Of a stretch of DNA of 64,000 nucleotides, positions 1 to 11,859 are shown in pieces; the first letter of the stretch is position 1; every line of letters begins with the position of its first letter. The position numbers and the translations under genes were made by a program. The stretch covers positions 25,668,001 to 25,732,000 of the forward strand of contig OZ024759.1 in the NCBI GenBank assembly GCA_964016885.1, read 5' to 3'. Under the pieces are notes generated by a model. That model had not been told where the DNA came from. It worked only from the letters and a program-made list of their open reading frames with translations, and did not search any database. The DNA is from Eledone cirrhosa (lineage: Eukaryota).

Positions 1-3000
1 GGCAGTGGTGAAGGTAGAGCCTTTAGGCTGGTAGCCGCATATGCCCCTTTTGGGACAGAGCGGTCCGACTTTTTCCAGCGTCTGGAGTCTTTTCTAGGGA
101 ACGATGTCCCGATAGAGAGGGGTGCAACAGCCTCAAGGGGTTACTCGGCCGATTTGACCTGGCCGATAGATTTCGACTAGATTTTCCGACGGTGCCAACC
201 TGGTCTTGGTCAAATCGCAGCGGATCATCTAGGTCGTACCTAGATAGATTTTTAGTTAGAAATAAGGACAGGGACTTTTTAAGTTGTCCAGAAATGCTCA
301 TGGTTGGCTATTCAGACCACAAGTTGGTGACCTGCAGGGTCAACCTTGATAGAACGCATAGACAGGGCCCCGGTTACTGGAAGCTCAACTTGTCCTTGCC
401 GGCAAGTAGAGCTTACAGGGATCGGATTAGTACGTTAGTTAAGGAACGGTTGACTGGAGCGATCGTCAACAGCAGGTGGTGGGTATCTCTAAAGAAAGAG
501 ATTAGAGTAGTCTCGATAGAATTTAGTAAGGTTCTAGCTGCGGATAGGAATAGGAAGGAAAGGGAGCTAATAGATAGAGTAGAAGAGGCAATTAGAAGCG
601 GCGACGTGGCCAGAGTGCTAGCGTCGAGAACGGCTTTGAGCCAGTTTTTCGACGCGAAGCACGAAGGCTGCGTTGTCCGAAGTAAAATACGTGCTCTAGG
701 GAACGAGGGGACCAAAGCTGTTAGCTGGGCCCGCGTGACAGAGGCCAACAGTGGAACTAAATCCACCATCCGGTCTTTGCGAGACCTGGATGGACGGGCG
801 ACTCTTGAGCCTAAGCAGATGTGTGAGGCCTTTCAAAGGCACTTTGCCCGACTGTTCGGGAGGGGCGGGGAGCCGGTTGGGAACGTGGACTTCGGTCCCT
901 ACCTCGACGGCCTGCCGCGTCTCTCGGACAGGGAGGCGAAGTCCTGCGAGGAGCCGATTTCGGCCGCTGAGATAGAGGACGTGCTGAGCCAATGCGGCAA
1001 ACGCAAATCCCCGGGTCTCGATGGTCTTCCTTACGAATTATATCTAGCTATGCCGGACTTGTTCCCCGATCTCCTCGAGGCGGTCTACTGCAACTGGCAA
1101 CATAACGGGAGAATTCCCTGTACTGTGACCAAGGGCGTAGTCACGCTAGTGAGGAAGGACGAGAACAAGGGGGACGAAATAAGTAACTTCAGGCCCATAA
1201 CTCTGCTAAATACAGAGTTACAGATTTTGGCCAAGGTGCTAGCAAAGAGGTTGGCGCTTGTCGTGGGCAACCTGGTAGGAGATGCGCAGACATGCGCTAT
1301 CCCGTCCAGGTCCATCCATGACAACCTCCACCTCATGCGATACATCATAGAGAGGGTTGGAAACGAACCCGGCTTTGGTGGGGCTCTGATCAACTTGGAT
1401 CAATCTAAGGCGTTCGATAGGGTCGACCATGGTTACCTGGATGCGGTGCTAGCGGCGGCAGGCTTCGGACCCGTTTTCAGGGGCTGGATCACTGCTATGC
1501 ACAGCGACCGCATCTGCTCTAGGGTCAAGGTGAACGGCTACCTCTCGGAGCCGTTCAAAATCGCGCGGTCCATCCGACAAGGGTGCCCTCTCTCCTCCCT
1601 TCTGTATGTGTTGACTCTCGAGCCACTACTGCGGAAGTTGGAGTTGTTGCAGGGCATCCCTTTGGAACCGGGATTGCGGAAAGCGGTGTCGGCCTACGCC
1701 GATGACGTGACAGTAATGGTGTCGACGGCCTCCGAAATCGAGGCGGTCGGCACCTTACTGGAGGAGTACGAAAGGTTCACAGGGGCTAAGCTGAACCGGG
1801 ACAAGTCGATCGGTTTGCAACTCGGCACGTGGAGGGGCAGACCGATGCCCTCCGATGGCGTCGTCGGACGCTGGACGGAGGGCCCGGTGAAGTTGCTCGG
1901 GGTCTGGTTCGGATCGGACCTCCAGGTGGAGAAAAACTGGGTGGAGGTTACGAACAGGGTGTTTGCACTGACCCAGAAGTGGGCCAGTTGCAAACTATCC
2001 CTGAAAGGTCGGGCGGAGGTGGCGAACACCTATATAGCGTCCGTCATCTACTACCGCCTGACCGTAGTGCCCTGCCCAAGGGAAACCCTCACCAAGATGG
2101 AGCGCGCGCTCTTCCAATTCCTTTGGAAGAGGCGGGCTCCTATGGTGAGGAGATCCATCTGCTGTCAACACCCTTCGAAAGGAGGGCTGGGGATGCCGTG
2201 GCTAATGATGCGTAAACACGCATTAAGGCTACGGCACCTCTACGTATTCCTCACCGGTCAACCGGTGTGGGCCTCGTTTGTGAGACGAACCTTTCCCAGA
2301 CTCGTCTCGCTCACCGAGCTGCAATCCTGGGTCAAGCAAAGACCGAGAAAACTGGGCGCCTGGCACACTGAGTGTGCCCAGGCGCTCACCGCCCTCTGGC
2401 AGGCGGATCCGGTTATCAGTGGAGACTCCACCGTAACATTCTATAGAGGGCTGGTACGGAGCAGGTGCGACGACGCCCTCGGAGAAGCCCTAGACATGGA
2501 GGAGGACGAACTGGCCAGCCTGTTCGGTAGGACATTCAGCCCGGGACCTATGGACAACTTCCAGAAGTCCCTGGCCTGGCAGTGCTACCGAGGGGCTCTA
2601 CCCGTTCGAGAAAAGCTCTACAGACACGGGCGCCCGGGTAGGGACCCCGCCAAAAAGATCTGTCCCAGATGCGTGTGCGACGAGGAAACCGTTGCACACG
2701 CATTGGTACACTGCTCGGGCGTAGCCGATCTGTGGGGCTATGTCGAACAACTGCTGTCAAGGGTGGGACCGATCCGGTTGACCACCGAGTCTATTGTAAT
2801 GATCAAGCCGCCTCCCCCCTTCAAAGATGAAGCGGAGGCGGTGTTTCTGTGCGTAATAGCCATGGCGAAAGAGGTTGTATGGTGGACGCGTCTGAAAGGA
2901 CTGAGGTCAGGCACCTTTCTCTCTGGCCAACAACTGGTCCGTTTCTTCCGATATCATTTCGGAAGAAGGATCAGGATGGAGAGAGAGGTGCTCCACCCCA

Positions 3001-3400
3001 GTCGTTTTTATGAAAGGTGGGTGAAAGTGGCGAGAATGGCCCGTGTGAATGGGCCTTCTCTTTACATAAGCCTGTAGGTGGAAAAGAGGAAGGAACGAGG
3101 GAGTACCCCCTCTCTGTGCTCCTGAGGAAAAGGGTTGCACACTTTTTTCGGGGGTGTGTGCGACCCCTCAAGGCGCCTCCTCTCTATTGAGGATTTTGTT
3201 ATAAATTTTATTTTTTGTTATATTTTATAACAAAATCCTCTATTGAGGATTTTGTTATAATTCTATTTTTTGTTATATTTTATTTTATTTTATTTTTATA
3301 TATTGTTATTGCCTCCTCCCTATTGAGGACGCCTTGTTTTGTAAACTCCCCCCATTGTATTTGTCCCACTTTTGATGCCCTGGTGGCAAATAAAAGAAAC
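1..3400 (+). mobile_element. Tx1/L1-clade non-LTR retrotransposon (5' part outside window), ORF2 plus 3' UTR ending AAATAAAAGAAA
   Basis: EN-RT-CCHC ORF2 followed by a T-rich 3' UTR and AATAAA at ~3389. The same 3' end is seen in the second copy at 20573-21098. Confidence 0.95.
192..3077 (+). CDS. Retrotransposon ORF2: end of AP-endonuclease, reverse transcriptase, C-terminal CCHC zinc knuckle (true start upstream; frameshift/deletion near 100-120)
   Basis: Motifs SYLDRFLV/SDH (EN), GYWKLN, KSPGLDGL, NFRPITLLN, LDQSKAFDRVDH, IRQGCPLS, AYADDV (RT), CPRC..ETVAHALVHC. Frame-1 FRLVAAYAP at 1-100 is upstream EN sequence. Confidence 0.93.
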   Translation: MPTWSWSNRSGSSRSYLDRFLVRNKDRDFLSCPEMLMVGYSDHKLVTCRVNLDRTHRQGPGYWKLNLSLPASRAYRDRISTLVKERLTGAIVNSRWWVSLKKEIRVVSIEFSKVLAADRNRKERELIDRVEEAIRSGDVARVLASRTALSQFFDAKHEGCVVRSKIRALGNEGTKAVSWARVTEANSGTKSTIRSLRDLDGRATLEPKQMCEAFQRHFARLFGRGGEPVGNVDFGPYLDGLPRLSDREAKSCEEPISAAEIEDVLSQCGKRKSPGLDGLPYELYLAMPDLFPDLLEAVYCNWQHNGRIPCTVTKGVVTLVRKDENKGDEISNFRPITLLNTELQILAKVLAKRLALVVGNLVGDAQTCAIPSRSIHDNLHLMRYIIERVGNEPGFGGALINLDQSKAFDRVDHGYLDAVLAAAGFGPVFRGWITAMHSDRICSRVKVNGYLSEPFKIARSIRQGCPLSSLLYVLTLEPLLRKLELLQGIPLEPGLRKAVSAYADDVTVMVSTASEIEAVGTLLEEYERFTGAKLNRDKSIGLQLGTWRGRPMPSDGVVGRWTEGPVKLLGVWFGSDLQVEKNWVEVTNRVFALTQKWASCKLSLKGRAEVANTYIASVIYYRLTVVPCPRETLTKMERALFQFLWKRRAPMVRRSICCQHPSKGGLGMPWLMMRKHALRLRHLYVFLTGQPVWASFVRRTFPRLVSLTELQSWVKQRPRKLGAWHTECAQALTALWQADPVISGDSTVTFYRGLVRSRCDDALGEALDMEEDELASLFGRTFSPGPMDNFQKSLAWQCYRGALPVREKLYRHGRPGRDPAKKICPRCVCDEETVAHALVHCSGVADLWGYVEQLLSRVGPIRLTTESIVMIKPPPPFKDEAEAVFLCVIAMAKEVVWWTRLKGLRSGTFLSGQQLVRFFRYHFGRRIRMEREVLHPSRFYERWVKVARMARVNGPSLYISL

Positions 3401-3401
3401 A

Positions 3402-3512
3402 TATCTATATTTCAACGGTACCACAATTTTGGTACGCCTCCAGATAAAATACAAAATTTGTTTTATAAATGTTGACATACCCAAAAAACCAAACCTTATC
3501 GGTTCAAGTTCG
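3402..3512 (-). mobile_element. Family D (HHR-bearing element) fragment directly abutting the Tx1 3' end
   Basis: TATTTCAACGGTACC..TTGGTACGC..CAGATAAAATACAAA aligns by eye with 45630-45730. Core is degenerate. Confidence 0.7.
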
Positions 3513-3581
3513 ATTTGTAATCTGTTATAAATTTGTTTGGAATCTGTTATCAATTTGGAATCTGTTATAAATACCTCTTTG

Positions 3582-3643
<62 letters not shown>

Positions 3644-4035
3644 TAGATAGATACAGGCAGGTAAACACATGTACACATACACACATATACATACGTAATA
3701 CACACACACATATGTATATACAGATGCATATATACACATGTATATGCACACGTACATACACACACACTTAAGCACATACATAGACGCACCACCCTGTAAT
3801 AGGTCAGTCAGTGATTATAGTGTTGATATATTTACTACCAACACTGACGACAACGACCACCAACCTTTGTCAAAACCGCCGATACCACCACCACCAACTA
3901 CACCACCACCAACAACAACAACTACACCATCACCACCAACACCACCATCACCAACACCAACACCAATTCATAAAAAAAAAATTATAGGAAAAAAATTATT
4001 ATTTAAAAACATAATAAATAAGTAAATGATATTAA

Positions 4036-4128
4036 TGGTTTCTACTTTAGACACAAGGACAACAATCTTGTGGAGAGGGGAAAGTAGTTTAAATCCCTTC
4101 CCTCCACACTGCATTACTGGTATTATAT
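4036..4128 (-). mobile_element. SINE family A fragment, interrupted by a piggyBac-type MITE
   Basis: GGTTTCTACTTTAGACACAAGG...GCATTACTGGTA matches other family A copies; continues as ATCGA after 4342. Confidence 0.65.
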
Positions 4129-4132
4129 TTAA

Positions 4133-4338
4133 CCCTTTAGTAATTAAACCGGCTATATATGGCCAGAATTTTTTCACCTCTCTCTGTTCAAGCCGGCTGT
4201 AACTGGCCACTCATACTGATATTAAGGTTTTTTTCTCAAAATAGATAACCTCAAAATCTCATAGATTCGATATTATGTGAGATAATTATGGAAGATAAAG
4301 CCTTTACCACGAAAATACAAAATGTAAATGCTAAAGGG
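4133..4338. mobile_element. piggyBac-type MITE
   Basis: TTAA|CCCTTTAG ... CTAAAGGG|TTAA: TIRs starting CCC with a TTAA target duplication. Confidence 0.85.
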
Positions 4339-4903
4339 TTAATCGATTCCGCAAAACTGATAAATAAAACAATGCTAAGTCGTCTCCCTTACTTTTAAAG
4401 GAGAGAACTTTGTCTAAAAATGCTAGAGTGTTTTCCCTTTGAAAATGTTATTTATTTGTTTTTAGATTAATGACGGCTAATTGTAATATCTATACATAAT
4501 ATAAAAAAGAGATGTTTGTTTGTTGGGTGGTTGGTTCGTTCGTGCCCACTCACACAAGTGATACAACCACACAAAAACACAGCCAATGTGTGTAGTCAAT
4601 TCGCTATACATATACACACACACGTGTGACGAATCTAAAAACGCTGGTCTTCTATAGTTTCTCACCACCATCTCCTTCCTTAGTCATCACATAGATGTGT
4701 GTGTATGTAATAATTATTTTTTCTAAGTGTCTGTTTATATATATGTGTGTGTAGATGCGTGCGTGTTTGTCATTGTATTGTCTATGTATCTTTCTAAATA
4801 AACACACACAAACATATATACACTCACACAAATATTATATATAAATATAATTTACACAAACACACATATATACACACACACACAAATACTTACATAATCA
4901 TAA

Positions 4904-5162
4904 CAGCCAATGTGTGTAGCCAATTAGCTATACATATACACACACGTGTAGCGAATATTAGACACTGCTTTCTGTAGTTTGCCGTCACCTCTTTCTTCGT
5001 CAGTCATCTCTTGTGCGTGACGTCATTACCTCCTCCTTCCTCAGTCATCGCTAGTGCGTGACGTCATCACCCTTTCTTCCTCAGTCATCTCTTCTGCGTG
5101 ACGTCATCACCTCTTCCTTTATCAGTCATCTCTAGTGCGTGACAGAATAATACACATTGGCT
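4904..5162. repeat. Short TIR-like element with internal ~40-bp tandem repeats carrying TGACGTCA; partial older copy at ~4580-4690
   Basis: AGCCAATGTGT ... ACACATTGGCT inverted ends; about 4 units of TCAGTCATCTC..GTGCGTGACGTCATCACC. Confidence 0.55.
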
Positions 5163-5180
5163 ATCATTACGGCCCTTGCC

Positions 5181-5312
5181 CGCATAGAGTTACGGCCCTT
5201 GCCATTCTGAATTCAAATCCCGTCGAGGTTAACTTTGCCTTTCATCCTTACGGGGTCGATAAAATAAAGTACCAGTAATACACTGAGTAATTGCTGGCCT
5301 TGCGCTCAATTA
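5181..5312 (+). mobile_element. tRNA-derived SINE family A (5'-truncated)
   Basis: B-box-like TTCAAATCC, then core GCCTTTCATCCTTACGGGGTCGATAAAATAAAGTACCAG, shared with more than 10 copies in the window. Confidence 0.85.
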
Positions 5313-5354
5313 TTTCTTTTACTGTTTCACTGGTCTCAGTTATTCGACTGCAGG

Positions 5355-6580
5355 CAACACCACTACAACCACTACAACTACCACAACACACAACCACCAG
5401 CACCAGCACCAGCACCAGCACCAGCACCAGCACCACTACCACCACCACCACCACCACCCCTACCACAACACCACCACCACCACCACAGTCACCACCACCA
5501 CCACCACCACCGTCACCCCAACCACTGCTGCACCACCACAGTACCACTATCACTACCACAACCACCACCACTACCATAATCATTACCACCACCACTACTA
5601 CCACAATCTCCACAAATACACCACCACCACCACAACGCAACAATCACCACAAACACCACCACAACCACCACAAAACGCAACCATCACCACCACTACAACA
5701 ACACCACAATCACTACAGCAGCAGCACCACCACCACTACTACAACAACACCACAATCACCACAGCAGCAGCACCACCACCACCACTACCATAGCACCACC
5801 ACCATCACTACCACTACCACAATCACCACAGCACAACCACCATCACCATCACTATCACAATCACCACAACCACTGCCGCACCACCACAGCACCACCACCA
5901 CAGCACCACCATCACCACCACTACCACAACACCATCACCACCACCACCACAACACCATCACCGCCACCATCACCATCACCACCACCACCACAACACCACA
6001 ACAACCACATCACCTCCACCATCACCATCACCACCACCACCACCACCATCACAACACCACAACCACCGCATCACCTCTACCATCATCACCACCACCACCA
6101 CCACCACAACACCACAACCACCATAGCACCACCACCATCACCACCACCACCACCACCACCACACCACCACAGCACCATCACAACCACCACAGCACCACCA
6201 CGACCACCACGACCACCACAACCACCACAGCACCACCACGACCACCACAGCATCACCACCATCATCATCACCACCACCACTGCAACTACCACAGCACCAC
6301 CACCATCTCCACCACCACCACAACACCACAACCACCACAGCACCACCACGACCACCACAGCATCACCATCACCACCATCACCACCACCACCACCGCAACT
6401 ACCACAGCACCACCACCATCACCACCACCACCACAACACCACAACCACCACAGCACCACCACGACCACCACAGCATCACCACCATCATCATCACCACCGC
6501 CACCGCAACTACCACAGCACCACCACCATCACCACCACCACAACACCACAACCACTCCAGCACCACCGCCGCCATCATCC
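5355..6580. repeat. Degenerate (CAC/ACC/CAA)n low-complexity tract with internal duplications
   Basis: Direct reading of the sequence. Confidence 0.9.
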
Positions 6581-6760
6581 TTGTGTACCTTTAACAAAAT
6601 CTATACTGTAGCAAGTATTCGGGGACTGGGGGTGGGATCAGATCCGAGATTTGAGATCCTAATTCTGTCACTCCCTCCATCCTCCCGTTCTCACCCCCTC
6701 GTTTCCTCTTTCGCACCAGTGACGGAAACCTTGGTAACGGTCACGGTCATTGCCTTTTTT

Positions 6761-6820
<60 letters not shown>

Positions 6821-7001
6821 TTCACTAATTTTTTCGCCGCCCACCCCCTGAAATATTTATTCATCTGTTTTACAAACCTATCTATCTATCTATCTATTTA
6901 TTTATCTATCTTGCCGCTCTGTCTGTCGTTATCTATCTGTCTATCTATATTTCTCCACTACCACTACCACCACCACCACCTTTAGTAGTAGTAGAAGCAG
7001 A

Positions 7002-7033
<32 letters not shown>

Positions 7034-7046
7034 CAGTAGCAGCAGA

Positions 7047-7078
<32 letters not shown>

Positions 7079-7368
7079 CAGTAGCAGCAACAGCAGTAGG
7101 AGTAGCAGCATTAGTAGTAGCATAAGTAGTAGTAGTAGTAGCAGCAGCAGCAGCAGTAGTGGCAGTAGTGGTAGTTCAGTTCAGTAATATGTTACCAATT
7201 AGCAGACTGGTGTGGTGTTAAATTCTAAAGTAAGACATCAAATATTAGAAATGTTATCTTGTTGACAACTGTGTGACCCCATGTGGGGATTCTCTCACCT
7301 TACACTTATTTGAAACACGGATCTCTTCAATTAAACACTATTAGAGACATTCTTTGAATTTCACACAT

Positions 7369-7447
<79 letters not shown>

Positions 7448-7524
7448 CACACACATTTATACATACAAAGATATGAGCATAAACACTCATATATGTGTGT
7501 GTTTGTATATATATATATATATAT

Positions 7525-7717
7525 AGGAACAAGTATGACCCCGACGGCAGAGCTCAAGCCGTTTCGACGGCTAATTCTGGTTCAGAATTAGCCGTCGAAA
7601 TGGCTTGAGCTCTGCCGTCAGGGTCATACTTGTTCCTATTACCCACTCTACTACCGTAAGTATTGAGTACTTTGGTGCGTTATGGTCCATCTGGTTCCTT
7701 ACCACATTTCCTTCGTT
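7525..7717 (+). mobile_element. Family C asymmetric fold-back element (half-hammerhead arms plus unique tail), in (TA)n
   Basis: ~55-bp inverted arms 7525-7637, then tail TACCCACTCTACTAC..GTATTGAGTACTTTGGTGCGTTATGGTCC..CTTCGTT. Confidence 0.85.
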
Positions 7718-8005
7718 ATATATATATATATATATTATATATATATATTTATATGGTGCCGCGGTCAGGATTCTACATATCTCTCTGTCTCTTTATACAC
7801 GCACACACACACATATATATGTATATGCATATAAATAAATACACACACACACACACATATACAATAAGTTCAACTCAGATACATGCTTTTACATGTCTAT
7901 ATTATATTCAAACACACACACACACTCATATATATATGTACATACATATACATACGCACATATACATACGTACATACACACACACACACACACATACACA
8001 CACAT

Positions 8006-8036
<31 letters not shown>

Positions 8037-8088
8037 CACACACACACATATATATACACACACACACACACATATATATACACACACA

Positions 8089-8172
<84 letters not shown>

Positions 8173-8535
8173 TACTTTCCTATTTCTATTTATTTATATA
8201 TACGTGAGAGCAGTTTATTTTCCAGGAATGTTCTCGAAGAGAATTGGTCAATGGCCCATATCTGTTTGAAGTAAATCTCTCCACATAGCTTCACTTGATT
8301 GTTGGAAATCAAACCCGAATAAACAAAGTGTAAATTGTCTGGGGGAGTGGTCGTGGGGTGGAGTGGCCACAACTGTGTACAGCAGACATATATTCAAAGC
8401 TAGAATGGGATTCTGTTATGTTTATACATGGAACAAAAAGCACTAACTAATAATATTCCTATATCTCCCCAGAGTGTGCACGGTGGTACTGAGTGGGAGA
8501 ACGATTTAACTTGTGATCTTGTATATATATATATA

Positions 8536-8566
8536 TACTAGCAGCTGAGCCCGGTTGCACCCGGGG
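8536..8566 (+). mobile_element. Possible Helitron/Helentron-derived terminus
   Basis: TACTAGCAG followed by a CCCGG-N6-CCGGG hairpin next to (TA)n. Confidence 0.3.
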
Positions 8567-8799
8567 CCACTTTTTATTAAGTTAATAATTTGAAAAATAT
8601 TATTGAAAGTTTATTATAAAGAAGCAGTTTCATGAACAAAATAGAAATATGCACTTGGGGCTGGATGGCGTACAATGAGAAGTGGAGCGACGTGAAAAGC
8701 GTTGTTTATTAACAGCGAAATAGCAATGTCGATGATATGCAAGTTTGAAAATGCAGATTATGAAGGTTTGTATGATAGTTTACACTTTGATTGCTCTGG

Positions 8800-9016
8800 T
8801 CAGCAAGAGGGGCCTCTATTGCATGGTGTTAAGCGACTGAGAATACAATACTCCCCACTGGACAGTATTTGGTGGTGCCCATTTTCAGTTGAGTATACTG
8901 GAACAACATGAAATGAAGTGTTTTGCTCAAGAGCACAACACACAACCCAGTCCAGGAATTGAACCCACAACTTTATGGTCATAGGTCCAACACCCTTATC
9001 ACTAGGCTACACACTT

Positions 9017-9018
<2 letters not shown>
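8800..9018 (-). mobile_element. tRNA-derived SINE family B
   Basis: Reverse complement of 11548-11805 (GTTCAATTCCTGGACTGGGTTGTGTGTTGTGCTCTTGAGCAAAACACTTCATTTCA). Confidence 0.8.
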
Positions 9019-9058
<40 letters not shown>

Positions 9059-9061
<3 letters not shown>

Positions 9062-9171
9062 AACGAGTAGGACCCCGACGGCTGAGCTCAAGCCGTTTCG
9101 ACGGCTAATTCTGGAGTATTGAGTACTTTGGTGCATTATGGTCCATCTGGTTCCTTACCACATTTCCTCCG

Positions 9172-9173
<2 letters not shown>
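9059..9173 (+). mobile_element. Family C element, right arm deleted
   Basis: Left arm joined directly to the AGTATTGAGTAC tail. Confidence 0.8.
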
Positions 9174-9248
<75 letters not shown>

Positions 9249-9358
9249 CACTTATTTCCTAATGTTTGTTTAGTGAGTTGGAATTTGGCCTGAGTATCGC
9301 TAAAAGCTTTATCCGATAATGTATATATATATATATATATATATTTATTTATATTTAT

Positions 9359-9562
9359 ATGAAAAGATTCAAGACCCCAACGGGTGAGCTCCAGCCGTTT
9401 CTACATCTAGATCCGAACAGTAGTTCGGATCTAGCTTTCGAAACGGCTGGAGTTCAGCCGTCGAGGTCCTGAATTTGTTCATATTACCCACTCTACTAGC
9501 CCAAGTATCGAGTACTCTTGTGCGTTATGGTCCACCTGGTATCTTACTATACCCTCTTTGTT
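9359..9562 (+). mobile_element. Family C element, divergent subfamily (different central hairpin CTAGATCCGAAC/GTTCGGATCTAG)
   Basis: Inverted arms plus family tail. Confidence 0.8.
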
Positions 9563-9640
9563 ATATATATATATATATATATATACATTTTTCCAATTCC
9601 ATCCCGCCCGCCTCCTCAATCTATTTTATTTTTCATTCTT

Positions 9641-9676
9641 TCTTCAGATGAAGGACTAGCGTCCGAAACGTTAAGA
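9641..9676 (+). ncRNA. Minimal type I hammerhead ribozyme-like motif (U4>A), family H
   Basis: TCTT-CAGATGA-A-GGAC-TAGC-GTCC-GAAA-CG-TT-AAGA. Confidence 0.6.
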
Positions 9677-9784
9677 CCCTCTCCCTGCTATATCAAGCGT
9701 TAACCTAATATATACCTTCCATATACTGTACCGATTGTGTTGTTATTTCTGTTTACCTTTTACATACGTACGTACGTATGTATG

Positions 9785-9813
<29 letters not shown>

Positions 9814-9816
<3 letters not shown>

Positions 9817-10282
9817 ACAAAACCTGTCAAAGGGCAAAGGAGCTCTTAAGAGTCAATGGCCATCCAAAATCACCGAGAGAGATGATCCCTTAGCCTTTGT
9901 CAAGGCAGAATTCTAGGAGAAGGAAAACTCTGATATAACACCTGCAACCATGATGGTATCCAATGATGTTGACTTGTTCTTCTTTTTGGTAAATATCATC
10001 TTGGTTAAGAGAGTGGGACTGGTTTTGTGCAGTGCCTTTGCTCACTATAAAAGGTTCACGGCACAGGCATTGCTTTATATCTGGAGATCTCTCTGCACTT
10101 GCGTCACATGGTACCATGGGCCCAGCACTATGTGTCAATAATTGTCACAAGTTTAGTGTTTGTACCAGAGTTTTCAAGTCGCTGGTGGACTAAAAAGTCA
10201 CACTCGTTCAGCGCATCGGTAGGGGTTCTCCTACATGGATATAAAGTAGTGGCCGTACTCGAAAACGAGTTGGCAGCCACCA
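9814..10282 (+). mobile_element. ~0.5-kb dispersed element flanked by (ATGT)n, family G; probable 5'-truncated retroposon
   Basis: Close match to 28100-28602; shared right end GCAGCCACC(ATGT)n, variable left end. Confidence 0.75.
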
Positions 10283-10380
10283 TGTATGTATGTATGTATG
10301 TATGTATGTATGTATGTATGTATGTATGTATGCATGCATGCATGCATGCCAGCTCAGAAGAAGTATGGTATTGTATCTGA

Positions 10381-10568
10381 AAAATATTCTGGAAATCAAA
10401 TTTTACGATAGAAACAAACAATTTCCGAACTTCAATCATCCGTTCTGAGTAAAGAAAACTTTGATTTCCTTTGCCCCTTGATATCCTTGGACATCCATGT
10501 TCAGAACGGATGGTTGAAGATCTGAAATTGTCTAGTTGTATCGTCGAATTTCATTTACAGAATTTTCC
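10381..10568. repeat. Imperfect ~65-bp inverted repeat (fold-back/MITE-like)
   Basis: ...CTTCAATCATCCGTTCTGA / TCAGAACGGATGGTTGAAG... arms. Confidence 0.7.
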
Positions 10569-11547
10569 GACGCGACACATTACTTCTTTTAAGCTTGTTT
10601 CTATATCAACCATTGTGACCATTTCTGTTCTCACTGACATTCCATATTTACACCTGAATTATCTCCCTTTGTTTACCAATTGCCCGCTCTTCTGTCACTT
10701 GCCATGGAAGACGCCCATCTTTTTTTGGCGTCGAGTTCCTCTATGTATCGTCCTTACTCCAGTCTAATAACTGGCTTCTTCATCAAAGATAGTTACCATG
10801 CTTCACTTTACAGCTAATTCCTCTCGGGTAACGCTCCATTTTTTGTTTTGTTTCTCTCTTGCTAATTGTCTCATGTTATTTAAATAACACGTTCCGTCTT
10901 GTTTGTTTTTCGTCCATGGTACTGTGTCATTTAGCCTTTGTCCTGTCTAATTCCGAATAGCCGGTATGATAAATTTCCCAGTGCCTGTGGTGTATTCGGA
11001 ACATTATTAGCTACCATCATAAAAATACCGAAACTCGGATTTCCTTTGATATCTGTGATTTCCTTGGGCATACACCTTTATACGCACACGCCCTCTCTCT
11101 CACACATACATGCACGTAAACACTCTCATACAAACATACTTACTCTTTTTCACACATACGCACACACATTCACATCCTCTCTGGCTCTCCCTTTCATATA
11201 TACACACACACATGCTTACACAGACGCACACAGCCACACACACTCACCCTCCCCTCTCTCTTTCACATGTGCTTACACACATACCCATGATTATGTCCAC
11301 ACACACACACACACACACACAGAGTCATACATTCTCTTTCTTGCACACACACACACATATACACACCTCACACAACCAAAGTCGCTTGTATTCTGAATAA
11401 AAATCGCGCCGAAGTCGTTGTTTATCATCTGTCCGTTGGCGATAAAATGCGATACCAGTTAAATACCGGGGTAGTTAAATCAACCATACTCAACCATACC
11501 ACCGAAATTGTGGCCATGTCGTGCCTATATTAGAAACACATCTTCAG

Positions 11548-11805
11548 CACGTGGCCTAGTGGTATGGGTGTTGGACTTACGATTATGCCGTATGTTCGAT
11601 TCCTGGACTGGGTTGTGTGTTGTGTTCTTGAGCAAAACACTTCATTTCATGTTGCTTCAGTATACTCAGCTGAAAATTAGAACCAGCAATAGCTTGGGGT
11701 TTAACACAGCGGTGGACTGGCGTCCTGCCCAGGGGTGAGTCGTGTACTCTCAGTCGCTTAAGGTTACGGAAACCGGGTTAAAAGGACCATTCCATCCGTG
11801 GTCTG
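11548..11805 (+). mobile_element. tRNA-derived SINE family B (near full length)
   Basis: A-box GTGGCCTAGTGG, B-box GTTCGATTCC, core GTTCTTGAGCAAAACACTT. Other copies at ~42106-42225 (+), 51395-51495 (-), 57082-57155 (+), 61335-61630 (-). Confidence 0.8.
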
Positions 11806-11859
11806 AAAAAATACAATCGTAAATACAAGTAGCTGAAATGGGTTTCATCTGAAGGTTTT

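Noticed and set aside
5291-6985. 564-aa Thr/Pro/His-rich mucin-like ORF
   Set aside because: Starts inside a SINE at a non-ATG codon and runs through CAC, TTTC and TCTA repeats; no domain.
10273-10285. Perfect Kozak GCCACCATG (also at ~28600)
   Set aside because: The ATG is the first unit of the (ATGT)n tract at a repeat boundary; it encodes only MYVC repeats.
11548-11610. tRNA gene
   Set aside because: A/B boxes belong to SINE heads; no full cloverleaf is discernible.
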